This document shows, in pieces, positions 33,391 to 44,687 of a stretch of DNA of 64,000 nt. The DNA is taken from assembly GCA_044347325.1 (NCBI GenBank), contig JBIIXN010000002.1, positions 22,518 to 86,517 on the forward strand, in the 5' to 3' direction. The position numbers and the translations under genes are program-made. The notes beneath the pieces are model-generated. The model was given only the letters and a program-made list of their open reading frames with translations. It did not search any database and was not told where the DNA came from. Each line of letters opens with the position of its first letter. Position 1 is the stretch's first letter. Source of the stretch: Rhodoluna sp. Lineage in GTDB: Bacteria; Actinomycetota; Actinomycetes; Actinomycetales; Microbacteriaceae.

Positions 33391-33656
33391 TGGCTAAGCG
33401 TTCCTGCATAGTTGGGCCTGCGGTTGGCCTACACGCTAGACCTGCTGCTGATTTTGTGCGTGTTGCTACCTTGAGTAAGCACCAGGTCACTGTGACTAAC
33501 AAACACGGAAAAAAGGCTCAAGGCAACAGCATTTTGGGGATATTGAGCCTTGGAGCCAAGCATGGGGAAGAGCTTGTAATCGAGGTTGTTGGACCTGATG
33601 ATGAAGCAATCCTTGAGGCTCTATTACGCGTTGTTTCGGGAGATAAGACCGTATAG
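33390..33656 (+). CDS. ptsH: HPr-family phosphocarrier protein
   Basis: GLHARPA with His at position 15 and SILGILSLG (Ser46-equivalent at S47); 88 aa; TAGTG overlap with polA stop. Confidence 0.92.
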   Translation: MAKRSCIVGPAVGLHARPAADFVRVATLSKHQVTVTNKHGKKAQGNSILGILSLGAKHGEELVIEVVGPDDEAILEALLRVVSGDKTV

Positions 33657-33659
33657 ACT
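33631..33659 (+). promoter_or_regulatory. Putative SigA promoter for rpsA (TTGTTT-N17-TAGACT) inside the HPr 3' end
   Basis: -35 33631-33636, 17-nt spacer, -10 33654-33659 beginning with the HPr TAG stop. Confidence 0.6.
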
Positions 33660-33665
33660 TTCCCA

Positions 33666-33781
33666 AGGCCCATTTTTTGGGCCTAAACAATCCAGTCCAA
33701 GTTCAATTGTTGTGAGTTGCTACGCCTGTAGTGACAAGTGGTAATTGGCCCGAGTAAAAACAAGATCGAGACAACCTCTCT
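33666..33781 (+). promoter_or_regulatory. Structured, SD-less rpsA 5' leader
   Basis: Hairpin AGGCCCA/TGGGCCT (33666-33684), stem GTTGCTAC-GCCT-GTAGTGAC (33716-33735) closed by CAATT/AATTG; no SD before ATG. Confidence 0.55.
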
Positions 33782-35254
33782 ATGACAAGTAGCACCAACA
33801 AAGCTCCTAAGCAGGTAGCAGTAAACGACATCGGTTCAGCAGAAGAATTACTTGCAGAAATCGAAAAAACCCTAAAATCTTTCAACGACGGCGATCTAAT
33901 CGCGGGTATCGTTGTCAAGATTGACCGCGACGAAGTTCTTCTCGACGTAGGTTACAAAACTGAAGGTGTTATCCCTTCACGCGAATTATCAATCAGACAC
34001 GATGCAGCCCCTGGCGACATTGTCGCTGTTGGTGATTCAATCGAGGCCCTTGTTCTTCAGAAGGAAGACAAAGAAGGCCGTCTTATTCTTTCCAAGAAGC
34101 GTGCACAGTACGAGCGCGCATGGGGCGATGTTGAGAAGATCAAAGAAACTGATGGCGTCGTTACCGGTTTGGTTATCGAAGTTGTTAAGGGTGGTCTAAT
34201 CGTTGACATCGGTCTTCGTGGATTCCTTCCAGCATCTCTTATTGAACTACGTCGTGTTCGCGACCTAACTCCTTACCTTGGTCAGAATGTTGACGCAAAG
34301 ATTTTGGAACTAGACAAGAACCGTAACAACGTTGTCCTTTCTCGTAGAGCTCTACTTGAAGAATCGCAGTCTGCTAACCGCAGCACATTCCTTGCAGATC
34401 TTGCTAAGGGACAGATTCGCACAGGTGTTGTTTCATCTATCGTAAACTTTGGTGCATTCATTGACCTTGGTGGTGTTGATGGACTAGTTCACGTGAGCGA
34501 GCTTTCATGGAAGCACATCGAGCACGCAAGCGAAGTTGTTGAGATCGGTCAGGAAGTAACTGTTGAGGTTCTAGAAGTCGACCAGGACAGAGAGCGTGTT
34601 TCACTATCTCTAAAGGCAACTCAGGAAGACCCTTGGCAGGTATTCTCTAGATCACACGCAATTGGCCAGTATGCACCAGGTAAGGTCACAAAGATTGTTC
34701 CATTCGGAGCATTCGTCCGCGTTGCAGATGGCATTGAAGGCCTAGTTCACATCAGTGAGCTATCAGCTAAGCACATCGATCTTGCAAGCCAGGTTGTAAC
34801 AGTGAACCAGGACGTGTTCGTGAAGGTTATCGACATCGATCTAGATCGTCGTCGTATCTCACTTTCATTGAAGCAGGCCACTGAAGAAGTTAACCCTGAA
34901 GGAACTGACTTCAACCCAGCTCTATACGGATTGGCTACCGACTTTGATGACCAGGGTAACTACAAGTACCCAGAAGGCTTCAATGCCGAAACTAGCGAAT
35001 GGAAGCCAGGTTTCGAAGAGGCGAAGACTAAGTGGGAGAAGGAATATGCTGAAGCTCACGCACGCTGGGAAGAGCACAAGAAGCAGGTTAAGGCAGCTAA
35101 CGAGCTTGCAGCAACTCTTCCTGATGCAAAGCCAGAAGTTCCGGCCAGCACCACTACTTCATCTTCATCAGAAGGTGCCAGCTCATCAGAGGGAACTCTA
35201 TCTGAAGACGAGGCACTATCTGCTCTGCGCGACAAGCTAAACAGCGCTGAATAG
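33782..35254 (+). CDS. rpsA: 30S ribosomal protein S1
   Basis: QVAVNDIGS, four S1 repeats (DVGYKTEG, DIGLRGFLPAS, FGAFIDLGGVDGLVHVSELSW, FGAFVRVADGIEGLVHISEL), actinobacterial C-tail. Confidence 0.99.
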   Translation: MTSSTNKAPKQVAVNDIGSAEELLAEIEKTLKSFNDGDLIAGIVVKIDRDEVLLDVGYKTEGVIPSRELSIRHDAAPGDIVAVGDSIEALVLQKEDKEGRLILSKKRAQYERAWGDVEKIKETDGVVTGLVIEVVKGGLIVDIGLRGFLPASLIELRRVRDLTPYLGQNVDAKILELDKNRNNVVLSRRALLEESQSANRSTFLADLAKGQIRTGVVSSIVNFGAFIDLGGVDGLVHVSELSWKHIEHASEVVEIGQEVTVEVLEVDQDRERVSLSLKATQEDPWQVFSRSHAIGQYAPGKVTKIVPFGAFVRVADGIEGLVHISELSAKHIDLASQVVTVNQDVFVKVIDIDLDRRRISLSLKQATEEVNPEGTDFNPALYGLATDFDDQGNYKYPEGFNAETSEWKPGFEEAKTKWEKEYAEAHARWEEHKKQVKAANELAATLPDAKPEVPASTTTSSSSEGASSSEGTLSEDEALSALRDKLNSAE

Positions 35255-35265
35255 TTAGAAGTTCT

Positions 35266-35299
35266 AAAGACGGGTTGAGCTAAGGCTCAACCCGTCTTT
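35266..35299 (+). terminator. Intrinsic terminator after rpsA
   Basis: Perfect 15-bp stem AAAGACGGGTTGAGC-TAAG-GCTCAACCCGTCTTT followed by GCTTT. Confidence 0.88.
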
Positions 35300-35314
35300 G
35301 CTTTAAGGACAAGT

Positions 35315-35320
35315 TAGGCT
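35315..35320 (+). promoter_or_regulatory. Putative -10 (TAGGCT) for leaderless coaE-uvrB
   Basis: 6 nt before ATG 35327, just after the rpsA terminator. Confidence 0.65.
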
Positions 35321-35326
35321 TAGAAG

Positions 35327-35935
35327 ATGTTCTTGATAGGTCTAACCGGAGGTATCGCAGCAGGTAAGACAACTGTTGCTGCCCACTGGGTTTCGCTTGG
35401 TGCTATCGAGATTGACGCCGACAAACTGGCAAGGGAAGTAGTTGAACCAGAAACAAAGGGTTTGACTCAGATCGTTGAAACTTTTGGTCCGCACATTCTG
35501 ACAAGAACAGGCGAATTGGACCGCAAAGCTTTAGGTGAGATTGCCTTCAATGAACCAGCTAGAAGAATTGCACTTGAATCAATAGTTCATCCACTGGTTC
35601 GTGAAAGAGCACAGGAAATCCTCAAGTCTCTTCCTGAGAACTCAATCGTTGTTTATACGGTTCCTCTGCTTGTCGAAGCCAAGGTATCGCTACCGTTTGA
35701 TGTGATAGTCAGCGTTGAAGCACCAGAAGCCGACCGAATCCAGAGGCTAGTTGGGTCTAGGGGAATGACCTCTCAAGAGGCGCAAGCAAGAATTAAAGCT
35801 CAGGCATCTGCATTGGAGCGCGCTGCAGCGGCTGATTTTATTTTGAATTCGAACCAGACACTGCCAGGTTTACTTGCTGATGCAACTGTACTTTGGAACA
35901 AGTTTCTTGTGATGGCCCAGGAGAAATCTCAATGA
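35327..35935 (+). CDS. coaE: Dephospho-CoA kinase
   Basis: [44 protein letters not shown]. Confidence 0.96.
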   Translation: MFLIGLTGGIAAGKTTVAAHWVSLGAIEIDADKLAREVVEPETKGLTQIVETFGPHILTRTGELDRKALGEIAFNEPARRIALESIVHPLVRERAQEILKSLPENSIVVYTVPLLVEAKVSLPFDVIVSVEAPEADRIQRLVGSRGMTSQEAQARIKAQASALERAAAADFILNSNQTLPGLLADATVLWNKFLVMAQEKSQ

Positions 35936-37995
35936 AGGGCCCAACCAGAACCTTTGCCCCCTTTGAAGTAATAAGTGAGTACACACCATCGGGAGATCAA
36001 CCAACAGCAATTGCAGAATTAACAGACCGAATTAATAATGGCGAGAAAGATGTCGTACTACTCGGTGCTACCGGTACAGGTAAATCAGCGACTACGGCTT
36101 GGCTTATCGAGAAACTTCAGCGGCCAACACTAGTTCTGGCACACAACAAGACCCTTGCGGCACAACTCGTTAACGAGTTCAGAGAGTTACTTCCGAACAA
36201 CGCTATTGAGTATTTCGTTTCTTACTATGACTATTACCAGCCAGAAGCCTACGTTCCTCAAACCGATACCTTCATTGAAAAGGACTCTTCCATCAACGAA
36301 GAAGTAGAGCGTCTACGATACTCGGCAACCATGAGCTTGCTCTCAAGAAGAGATGTTGTAGTCGTATCTACTGTTTCCTGCATCTATGGCCTTGGAGCAC
36401 CAAGCCAATATTTAGACATGTCATTGCCCTTACACAAAGGTCAGACAATCGATCGAGATGAACTCATTCGTGAGTTCGTAACCATGCAGTATCAACGTAA
36501 CGACTACGACTTCTCAAGGGGTAACTTCAGGGTCAAGGGTGACACCATTGAGATCATTCCTGTCTATGATGAACTAGCCATCAGGCTGGAGCTTTTCGGA
36601 GATGAGATCGAAAACATCTATCAATTGCATCCACTAACCGGCGAGATAGTTCGAGCCATGGACACCATATCTGTTTATCCAGCAAGTTACTACGTAACCT
36701 CACAAGAACGCATGGGTGAAGCTCTCGAAGCCATTGAAGAAGAAATGGTTGCTCGTGTAAAAGAGTTTGAGATTCAAGGAAAGCTGCTCGAAGCACAAAG
36801 AATAAAGATGAGAACGACCTTTGACCTTGAGATGATTCGTGAACTTGGCTTTTGTAGTGGAATTGAAAACTACTCAAGACACTTAGATGGCCGTGAACCA
36901 GGTTCTGCTCCTTCATGTCTTCTTGATTACTTCCCAGAGGATTTCCTGACGGTAATTGATGAGTCTCACGTAACGGTTCCGCAGATTGGCGCGATGTATG
37001 AAGGTGACTCTTCAAGAAAAAGAACATTGGTTGAGCATGGATTTAGACTGCCATCAGCCATGGATAACCGGCCACTGAAGTGGGCTGAGTTTCAAGATCG
37101 AGTAGGGCAAACTGTTTACCTTTCAGCCACCCCTGGAAAATATGAACTAGGCGTTGCTGACGGTTCTGTTGAGCAGATCATTAGACCAACAGGTCTAGTT
37201 GATCCTCAAATTGTTGTAAAGCCATCTAAGGGTCAGATTGATGATCTACTCGAAGAGATTCGCATTAGAACGGCCAAGGATGAACGAGTGCTTGTCACAA
37301 CCCTGACAAAGAAGATGTCTGAAGAGCTAACCGAGTTCCTAACTGAAGCAGGAGTGCGAGTCAGGTATTTACACAGCGACGTGGACACCCTTCGAAGAGT
37401 AGAGCTACTGAGAGAACTTAGAAGTGGAGTTTATGACGTGCTGGTTGGTATTAACCTTCTGCGTGAAGGTCTGGACCTACCTGAGGTCTCTCTAGTTAGC
37501 ATTCTGGATGCAGATAAAGAAGGCTTCTTGCGTTCGACTACTTCGCTGATTCAGACCATCGGTCGTGCTGCTCGTAACGTCAGTGGTGAAGTACACATGT
37601 ATGCCGATCGAATCACTGACTCAATGGCGAGAGCTATCGATGAAACGACCCGAAGACGTGAGAAGCAGGTCGCCTATAACGTAGCCAACGGTGTAGATCC
37701 TCAACCTCTTCGTAAGAAGATTGCTGACATCACCGACAGCATCCTCCGTGAAGAGCAGGACACAGCCGAACTACTGGATAACGCCAAGAACAAGAGAACT
37801 GGAAACAAGGGCATTACCCCACTCAAATCCAGACCTAACCAGAACGCCAGCTACGACGAACTTCTTGACCTGGTTGTGGACCTTGACCAGCAGATGAAGT
37901 CAGCAGCAGCCGAACTCAAATTTGAACTGGCAGCAAGGCTCCGAGATGAGATTAGCGAACTCAAATACACTCTGAGGCAGATAGATAAGGTTTAG
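35932..37995 (+). CDS. uvrB: Excinuclease ABC subunit B
   Basis: [41 protein letters not shown]-terminal UVR domain; ATG 35932 in ATGA overlap with coaE, AGGAG SD. Confidence 0.98.
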   Translation: MKGPTRTFAPFEVISEYTPSGDQPTAIAELTDRINNGEKDVVLLGATGTGKSATTAWLIEKLQRPTLVLAHNKTLAAQLVNEFRELLPNNAIEYFVSYYDYYQPEAYVPQTDTFIEKDSSINEEVERLRYSATMSLLSRRDVVVVSTVSCIYGLGAPSQYLDMSLPLHKGQTIDRDELIREFVTMQYQRNDYDFSRGNFRVKGDTIEIIPVYDELAIRLELFGDEIENIYQLHPLTGEIVRAMDTISVYPASYYVTSQERMGEALEAIEEEMVARVKEFEIQGKLLEAQRIKMRTTFDLEMIRELGFCSGIENYSRHLDGREPGSAPSCLLDYFPEDFLTVIDESHVTVPQIGAMYEGDSSRKRTLVEHGFRLPSAMDNRPLKWAEFQDRVGQTVYLSATPGKYELGVADGSVEQIIRPTGLVDPQIVVKPSKGQIDDLLEEIRIRTAKDERVLVTTLTKKMSEELTEFLTEAGVRVRYLHSDVDTLRRVELLRELRSGVYDVLVGINLLREGLDLPEVSLVSILDADKEGFLRSTTSLIQTIGRAARNVSGEVHMYADRITDSMARAIDETTRRREKQVAYNVANGVDPQPLRKKIADITDSILREEQDTAELLDNAKNKRTGNKGITPLKSRPNQNASYDELLDLVVDLDQQMKSAAAELKFELAARLRDEISELKYTLRQIDKV

Positions 37996-38010
37996 CGCTA
38001 ACTGGGGGGT

Positions 38011-38016
38011 TAAACT
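38011..38016 (+). promoter_or_regulatory. Putative -10 (TAAACT) for leaderless uvrA-uvrC
   Basis: 6 nt before ATG 38023. Confidence 0.6.
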
Positions 38017-38022
38017 AAACCA

Positions 38023-40884
38023 ATGCCACACATCAGCATTCCCACCAAAGACAAGCTAGTCATCAAAGGTGCAAGGGTTCATAACCTAAAGAACCTAAAC
38101 CTTGAGATACCTAAAAACGCCATGGTGGTCTTCACAGGCCTCAGTGGATCAGGTAAATCTTCGCTGGCGTTTGACACTATCTTTGCCGAGGGACAGCGTA
38201 GATACGTTGAGTCGCTGAGTGCTTATGCAAGACAGTTCCTAGGTCAGGTTGATAGACCTGATGTTGATTTCATTGAAGGCTTGAGCCCTGCTGTTTCTAT
38301 TGACCAAAAATCAACTAACAGAAACCCAAGATCAACTGTTGGAACAATCACCGAGATTCATGACTATCTAAGACTGCTGTGGGCTCGAATCGGAATTCCG
38401 CACTGTGCTGAGTGTGGCGAAAAGATCACCAAGCAAACTGCGCAGCAAATCGTTGATCAGATCATGCAGTTCAAGACAGGCACCAAGTATCAAATACTTG
38501 CCCAGATAGTGGACCAGAAAAAGGGCGAGTTCTCTGACTTGTTTAGAGAACTAATCAGCCAAGGTTTCGCCCGAGCTGTGGTTGATGGGGAAGTCATTCA
38601 ACTAACCGATGCCAAACCACTGAAGAAAACTTTCAAGCACGACATCTCTGTTGTTATTGACCGACTTGTAGCGAAAGATGACATCACCCAACGCCTAACA
38701 GATTCAGTTGAGACAGCTCTCAAGGTCGCTAATGGACGATTGACTATTGATTTCGTTGATGTCAAAGGTGATGGCAAATATCGCAACTTTAGCGAGAAGA
38801 TGTCTTGCCCTAACGAACACACACTTGCTCTGACCGAGATAGAACCTAGAACCTTCTCTTTCAATGCTCCATTCGGCGCTTGTCCTAAGTGTTCAGGACT
38901 TGGAATCAAGATGGCCGTTGATAAGGAACTCATCATTGGCGATGTCTCTGAATCAATCAACGGTGGCGTGATTAGACCTTGGTCCACTCAAGGTAAAGGT
39001 CTTTTTACCTATTACACAAGATTGCTAACCGGGTTAGCCAAAGATCTAGACTTCTCGCTAAACACTCCTTGGCAAGATCTACCTGAAGAAATCCAAGACG
39101 CAGTTCTTTACGGTAACAACTTCGAAGTTCAGATGAAGTGGAAGAACAAGTACGGGCGAGAGCTCAAGTACACAACTGGTTTTGAGGGCGCTCTCAATTA
39201 CATTGAACGCAAATACCTAGAAGCGGATAACGACTGGGCAAGAGGTAAATGGTCTGAATACCTTCGTGAGACACCTTGTCCTGATTGCAATGGAGCAAGA
39301 CTTAGGCCTGAAGTGCTAGCAGTTAAAGTTGGCAACAGTTCCATAGCCGACGTCTGCTTCTTGAGTCTTGGAGAGTCATACGCATTCTTCGACAAACTCA
39401 AGCTTGATAATCGTGATGAGAAGATTGCAGCTCAAGTACTTAGAGAGATTCGTTCACGACTTGATTTCCTAATCGCCGTTGGACTTGATTACCTATCCCT
39501 TGAGCGAGCAGCAGCAACACTTTCCGGTGGTGAAGCACAAAGAATTCGCCTAGCTACCCAGATCGGTGCTGGACTTACCGGTGTTCTCTATGTGTTGGAT
39601 GAACCAAGTATTGGTTTGCACCAAAGAGACAACATGAGACTAATCCAAACACTTCTTAAACTGCGTGATCTAGGCAACACTCTGATTGTTGTTGAGCACG
39701 ATGAGGACACCATCAAGGCAGCTGACTGGCTAGTTGATATAGGTCCTGGTGCAGGTGTTCACGGTGGTGAAGTAGTTCATAGTGGAAGCTATAAGGCAAT
39801 CTTGACCAACAAGGAATCAGTAACTGGAGCATTCCTTTCTGGTCGCGAATCAATCGAGACACCAAAGAAGAGACGACCAATAGATAAGAACCGTGAGATC
39901 AAAGTCGTTGGTGCTAGAGAGAATAACCTCAAGAACATTGACGTTACTTTCCCACTAGGCACCTTCATAGCTGTAACAGGTGTAAGTGGCTCAGGAAAGT
40001 CTTCACTTGTCAACGATGTTCTCTATGAAGTTCTTGCCAATAAACTCAACGGCGCTAAAGGCGTCGCTGGAAAGCACACTCGTGTTGAAGGTCTAGATCA
40101 GCTAGACAAGGTTGTTCACGTTGACCAGAACCCAATCGGTAGAACACCACGATCTAACCCTGCTACTTACACCGGTGTTTTTGATCACATTCGTAAGCTA
40201 TTTGCTGACACCCAAGAGTCAAAGGCCAGGGGATACCAGCAGGGTCGATTCTCCTTCAACGTTAAGGGCGGACGTTGTGAGGCCTGTAGCGGTGATGGAA
40301 CTCTAAAGATTGAGATGAACTTCCTTCCTGATGTTTACGTATCTTGTGAGGTCTGTCACGGCGCTAGATATAACCGTGAGACTCTTCAGGTTAAGTACAA
40401 GGGAAAATCAATTGCCGAGGTGCTTGAGATGCCGATTTCAGAGGCTGCCGAATTCTTCCAAGCAATCACATCAATCGCCCGCTACCTAGACACTCTGGTA
40501 GATGTTGGTTTGGGTTATGTGCGACTTGGACAAAGTGCAACAACTCTCTCCGGTGGCGAAGCACAGCGTGTGAAGTTAGCAACTGAACTTCAGAAGCGTT
40601 CTTACGGCAGAAGCATTTATGTTCTTGACGAACCGACAACCGGTTTGCACTTCGAGGATGTTAGAAAGCTCTTACTTGTTCTAAACGGACTGGTTGACAA
40701 GGGAAACACTGTGATTGTTATCGAGCACAACCTAGATGTCATCAAGTCCTCTGACTGGGTTGTTGACATTGGCCCTGAGGGCGGATTTAGAGGTGGCGAA
40801 GTGGTTGCTGTTGGAACACCTGAGCAGGTAGCAAAGGTCGCTAAGTCTCACACAGGGAAATTCCTCAAGGAAATCCTTAGTTAG
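38023..40884 (+). CDS. uvrA: Excinuclease ABC subunit A
   Basis: Two ABC ATPase sites ([18 protein letters not shown]; LSGGEAQR x2) and CxxC zinc modules. Confidence 0.99.
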   Translation: MPHISIPTKDKLVIKGARVHNLKNLNLEIPKNAMVVFTGLSGSGKSSLAFDTIFAEGQRRYVESLSAYARQFLGQVDRPDVDFIEGLSPAVSIDQKSTNRNPRSTVGTITEIHDYLRLLWARIGIPHCAECGEKITKQTAQQIVDQIMQFKTGTKYQILAQIVDQKKGEFSDLFRELISQGFARAVVDGEVIQLTDAKPLKKTFKHDISVVIDRLVAKDDITQRLTDSVETALKVANGRLTIDFVDVKGDGKYRNFSEKMSCPNEHTLALTEIEPRTFSFNAPFGACPKCSGLGIKMAVDKELIIGDVSESINGGVIRPWSTQGKGLFTYYTRLLTGLAKDLDFSLNTPWQDLPEEIQDAVLYGNNFEVQMKWKNKYGRELKYTTGFEGALNYIERKYLEADNDWARGKWSEYLRETPCPDCNGARLRPEVLAVKVGNSSIADVCFLSLGESYAFFDKLKLDNRDEKIAAQVLREIRSRLDFLIAVGLDYLSLERAAATLSGGEAQRIRLATQIGAGLTGVLYVLDEPSIGLHQRDNMRLIQTLLKLRDLGNTLIVVEHDEDTIKAADWLVDIGPGAGVHGGEVVHSGSYKAILTNKESVTGAFLSGRESIETPKKRRPIDKNREIKVVGARENNLKNIDVTFPLGTFIAVTGVSGSGKSSLVNDVLYEVLANKLNGAKGVAGKHTRVEGLDQLDKVVHVDQNPIGRTPRSNPATYTGVFDHIRKLFADTQESKARGYQQGRFSFNVKGGRCEACSGDGTLKIEMNFLPDVYVSCEVCHGARYNRETLQVKYKGKSIAEVLEMPISEAAEFFQAITSIARYLDTLVDVGLGYVRLGQSATTLSGGEAQRVKLATELQKRSYGRSIYVLDEPTTGLHFEDVRKLLLVLNGLVDKGNTVIVIEHNLDVIKSSDWVVDIGPEGGFRGGEVVAVGTPEQVAKVAKSHTGKFLKEILS

Positions 40885-40886
40885 AA

Positions 40887-42746
40887 ATGGCCAACGACCT
40901 TAGCTTTAGACCAAAGAGCTCGGAGATCCCTACCGACCCTGGTGTCTATCGATTCTTAGATGAGAATGGTCGTGTTCTATATGTTGGTAAGGCTAAGAAC
41001 CTAAGAGCGAGGCTGACCTCTTACTTCGCACCAATCAACACCTTGCAAGAGAAGACCAGACGCATGGTGCTCTCAGCAAGAGATGTCAACTGGACAATTG
41101 TTAAGACTGAGTTTGAAGCCCTTCAACTGGAGTTCACCTGGATCAAAGAATTCAATCCACCTTTCAATGTTCGATTTAAGGATGATAAGAGCTATCCGTA
41201 TCTTGCGATCACGATGAGTGATGCTGTTCCTAGAGTATTCATCACTCGAAATAGAGACATCAAGGGAGCAAAATACTTTGGCCCTTACACAAAGACCTGG
41301 GCGATAAGAGACACTCTAGATAGCCTCCTGAAGGTTTATCCGATACGTTCCTGCTCTTCAGGCGTTTACAACACTGCCAAGGCAACTAATCGTCCATGCC
41401 TACTTGCTGACATTGGTAAATGTTCAGCTCCATGTGTTTCTAGGGTTACTCCAGAAAAACACAAGGATCTTGCTAAAGGTTTTGCGGACTTCCTGCAATC
41501 CGGTGATGAATCCCATGTTGAAACTCTTCGAGCAAGGATGCTCAGTGCTTCAGATGAAAGGAACTTTGAACTTGCAGCAAAGCTCAGGGACAACATCATC
41601 GCCTTAGATACTGTCCTTGAAAAGAGCACAGTTGTTTTCACTGATCAAACAGATGCCGACTTGTTTGGGATAGCCGATGATGAGCTTGCTGCAGCAGTTA
41701 GTTTGTTCCGAGTTCGTGGCGGTCGTATCCGAGGTGTGATGGGTTGGGTAGTTGACAAGGAATTAGAGCGAGACCAATCTGAACTAGTTGAGTATCTGCT
41801 GCAAAACGTTTATGGCAAGGATGCAACATTCGCTAGCGATGTTCCTAAAGAAGTCTTAGTTCCTGTATTACCAGAGGATGCGGACGCTTTGAGTCAATGG
41901 CTCTCAGGAATCAGAGGAGCTAAGGTAGACCTTCGAATTCCACAGCGAGGCGATAAGAGAGCTCTTGCTGAAACAGCTTTGACCAATGCAAGACATGCTC
42001 TTGGGTTATACAAACTTCGTAGAACGGCTGACTTCACTGCTCGAAGTGAAGCTCTTGCTGATTTGCAAGAAGCATTGAAGTTGCAGACCGCTCCTCTTCG
42101 TATTGAATGTTTTGACGTTTCTCACCTTGGTGGAACTGGCATTGTTTCTTCGATGGTGGTCTTTGAAGATGGCCTGCCTAAGAAGAGCCAATACCGAAAG
42201 TTTAACATTGAATCATCTAGGGATGACACTGAGTCGCTATATCAAACTTTGACTAGAAGACTGAAGTATCTAAACGATGGCATTCCAGATAACGACAACA
42301 AGTTCAGTTATCGACCTGGGCTTCTGATTGTTGATGGTGGACAGCCTCAGGTTAATGCTGCGGCTAAGGCCACGCAGGACAGTGGGATTAGTGATATCGC
42401 TGTGATTGGTCTAGCTAAACGTTTAGAGGAGATTTGGCTACCTAACAACCCATTCCCGGTGATCCTACCTAGAGGCTCTGAAGCTCTGTTTTTGCTGCAG
42501 AGAATTCGTGACGAAGCTCACCGATTTGCCATTACTGCTCAGCGTGCTCAACGCAAATCAAGCATTGCTACCGAACTCGGGGCTATTGAGGGTCTAGGGG
42601 ATAAGCGGGTTTCAGCCCTACTTAGAAGGTTCGGCTCGGCTAAGCGACTCAAGCTAGCAACCGTTGAGGAAATAGCCGAGGTGGCTGGAATAGGGCCTGT
42701 TTTGGCTGCTTCCATAGCTCAGAGATTGGCTGAGGTTGATAAGTAG
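40887..42746 (+). CDS. uvrC: Excinuclease ABC subunit C
   Basis: GIY-YIG PGVYRF...YVGKAKNL, Cys-rich region, UVR domain, [22 protein letters not shown], HhH tail. Confidence 0.98.
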   Translation: MANDLSFRPKSSEIPTDPGVYRFLDENGRVLYVGKAKNLRARLTSYFAPINTLQEKTRRMVLSARDVNWTIVKTEFEALQLEFTWIKEFNPPFNVRFKDDKSYPYLAITMSDAVPRVFITRNRDIKGAKYFGPYTKTWAIRDTLDSLLKVYPIRSCSSGVYNTAKATNRPCLLADIGKCSAPCVSRVTPEKHKDLAKGFADFLQSGDESHVETLRARMLSASDERNFELAAKLRDNIIALDTVLEKSTVVFTDQTDADLFGIADDELAAAVSLFRVRGGRIRGVMGWVVDKELERDQSELVEYLLQNVYGKDATFASDVPKEVLVPVLPEDADALSQWLSGIRGAKVDLRIPQRGDKRALAETALTNARHALGLYKLRRTADFTARSEALADLQEALKLQTAPLRIECFDVSHLGGTGIVSSMVVFEDGLPKKSQYRKFNIESSRDDTESLYQTLTRRLKYLNDGIPDNDNKFSYRPGLLIVDGGQPQVNAAAKATQDSGISDIAVIGLAKRLEEIWLPNNPFPVILPRGSEALFLLQRIRDEAHRFAITAQRAQRKSSIATELGAIEGLGDKRVSALLRRFGSAKRLKLATVEEIAEVAGIGPVLAASIAQRLAEVDK

Positions 42747-42779
42747 CCTCTAGGGGAATTTGGCTTTTGGAACTCGGGC

Positions 42780-42800
42780 GTGTCGCAAAGTGGTTAGAGT
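42780..42800 (+). promoter_or_regulatory. Putative rapZ-whiA promoter: -10 TAGAGT with upstream GTGTC (GACAC) box
   Basis: TAGAGT 42795-42800; GTGTC 42780-42784; GAAAGG SD at 42815-42820. Confidence 0.5.
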
Positions 42801-42826
42801 TATCACTAGGCAATGAAAGGTCCAAG

Positions 42827-43702
42827 TTGAACACAGGAAAGTCATACGAGTTACTGGTGGTAACTGGGATGTCTGGTGCTGGGCGATCAACCGTGGCTAA
42901 TGCCCTTGAAGACATGGATTGGTATGTCGTAGACAACCTGCCACCTCAAATGCTAAAGCCAATGGCGGAACTGTTCTCAATGGCTGAAAAGAGTCTGCCG
43001 AGACTGGCTGTTGTGATTGATGCCCGAGGCGGCGGATTATTCGAAGATCTCTCTGGATACATCAGCGAACTGCAGAGTAGCAACATTGATGTTCAGGTCC
43101 TGTTCCTAGAAGCCAACGACGCTGCTCTAATCAAGAGATTTGAACAAGTAAGAAGACCACACCCACTTCAAGGCGATGGAACAATTTCAGACGGAATCGC
43201 TATCGAGCGTGCGAGATTGCTTCCACTTAGAGAACAAGCAGATCTGATTATCGACAGCAGCGATTTAAATGTTTATCAATTAGGTGCCAAGATCGCCGAA
43301 TCTTTCTCAACTGAGCAGACCAGCAGGCTTAAGCTCATGATTCAAAGCTTTGGTTTCAAGTATGGATCTCCGAGTGATGCTGACCTGATTGCTGACATGA
43401 GATTCATTCCAAACCCTTATTGGAATGAAGAACTTAGACCTTATAACGGCGAAGACAAACAAGTTGCCGATTACGTATTGGCTCAAGAAGGTGCCGAAGA
43501 GTTCATCAGTAACTATGTTGCGGCTCTAAAGCCTGTTCTTCTGGGTTACCAAAGAGAGAATCGTAAGCGAGTTTCTATTGGCATCGGTTGCACCGGTGGA
43601 AAGCATCGTTCAGTTGCGACCGCCATTGAAATAGCAAAGAGGCTTTCAGAGTTAGACGGAATTGAAGTAAGCATCAAGCACAGAGACCTAGGAAAAGAGT
43701 AG
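42827..43702 (+). CDS. rapZ: RapZ/YvcJ-family P-loop nucleotide-binding protein
   Basis: [45 protein letters not shown]; start moved to TTG 42827 behind GAAAGG SD. Confidence 0.95.
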   Translation: MNTGKSYELLVVTGMSGAGRSTVANALEDMDWYVVDNLPPQMLKPMAELFSMAEKSLPRLAVVIDARGGGLFEDLSGYISELQSSNIDVQVLFLEANDAALIKRFEQVRRPHPLQGDGTISDGIAIERARLLPLREQADLIIDSSDLNVYQLGAKIAESFSTEQTSRLKLMIQSFGFKYGSPSDADLIADMRFIPNPYWNEELRPYNGEDKQVADYVLAQEGAEEFISNYVAALKPVLLGYQRENRKRVSIGIGCTGGKHRSVATAIEIAKRLSELDGIEVSIKHRDLGKE

Positions 43703-43704
43703 TA

Positions 43705-44676
43705 ATGGCACTAACGTCAGAGCTTAAAGATGAGCTGGCAAGAGTTGAAGTAACCAAGAGCACAGTCCGTGCAGCTGAGTTAGCGACAATTCTTAGATTC
43801 TGTGGTGGGCTTCACTTGGTTGGCGGAAAGATCGTTGTTGAGGTCGAAGTTGACACCGCACAACTAGCACGCCGTGTAAGCAAAGATCTCAGCGATGTCT
43901 TTGGTGTTGAGAGTGAACTGGCGGTTATCTCTGCTGGTGGGATTAGAAAAACTGCTCACTACAGAATCAAGGTCACTGAGAACGCTGAGACACTTGCTCG
44001 TCAAACTGGATTGATTGACACTAAGAACCGCCCAGTTAGAGGCCTTCCTGCAGCTTTGGTATCAGGTAGTAAAGCAGATGCTGAGGCTGTTTGGCGTGGA
44101 GCCATATTGGCTCACGGCTCCCTTACCGATCCAGGACGATCAGCAACTTTGGAGATAACCGCCCCTGGCAACGAAGCTGCTATGGCGCTAGTCGGTATTG
44201 CAAGAAGACTTGATGTCTTTGCCAAGGTCAGAGAAGCTCGTGGTGTCTATCGAGTAGTGGTGCGTGAAGGCGATGCCATCGTTGAGATTCTCAAGCACGT
44301 TGGAGCACATGGCGTTGTGCTGAAGTATGAGGAACTCAGAGTTCGCCGTGAAGTTCGTGGCAAGCAAAACCGACTTGCGAACTTTGATAACGCCAACCTA
44401 ATGAGATCTGCTCAGGCAGCAGTAGCCGCAGGTCAAAGAGTAAAGCGCGCGATGGAGATTCTTGGTGATGACATACCGGAGCACCTAAGGGTAGCTGGTG
44501 AACTTCGCCTGAATAACAGAGATGCCAGCCTTGATGATCTAGGCAGACTAGCTGTTCCACCACTAACCAAGGATGCAATCGCGGGACGAATCCGACGTTT
44601 GCTGGCTTTAGCGGATAAAGTTGCAGGAGAGCGTGGAATTCCAAACACTGAACTTGAAACTCAAGAGAACGACTAA
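43705..44676 (+). CDS. whiA: DNA-binding protein WhiA
   Basis: [42 protein letters not shown]-terminal HTH. Confidence 0.96.
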   Translation: MALTSELKDELARVEVTKSTVRAAELATILRFCGGLHLVGGKIVVEVEVDTAQLARRVSKDLSDVFGVESELAVISAGGIRKTAHYRIKVTENAETLARQTGLIDTKNRPVRGLPAALVSGSKADAEAVWRGAILAHGSLTDPGRSATLEITAPGNEAAMALVGIARRLDVFAKVREARGVYRVVVREGDAIVEILKHVGAHGVVLKYEELRVRREVRGKQNRLANFDNANLMRSAQAAVAAGQRVKRAMEILGDDIPEHLRVAGELRLNNRDASLDDLGRLAVPPLTKDAIAGRIRRLLALADKVAGERGIPNTELETQEND

Positions 44677-44687
44677 AGGAGCTAATC

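Noticed and set aside
42781-42800. TGTCGC...TAGAGT as a PafBC (RecA-NDp) DNA-damage promoter; also TGTCGG at 29640-29645
   Set aside because: Spacing to the -10 is 8 nt and 2 nt respectively, not the 10 nt required
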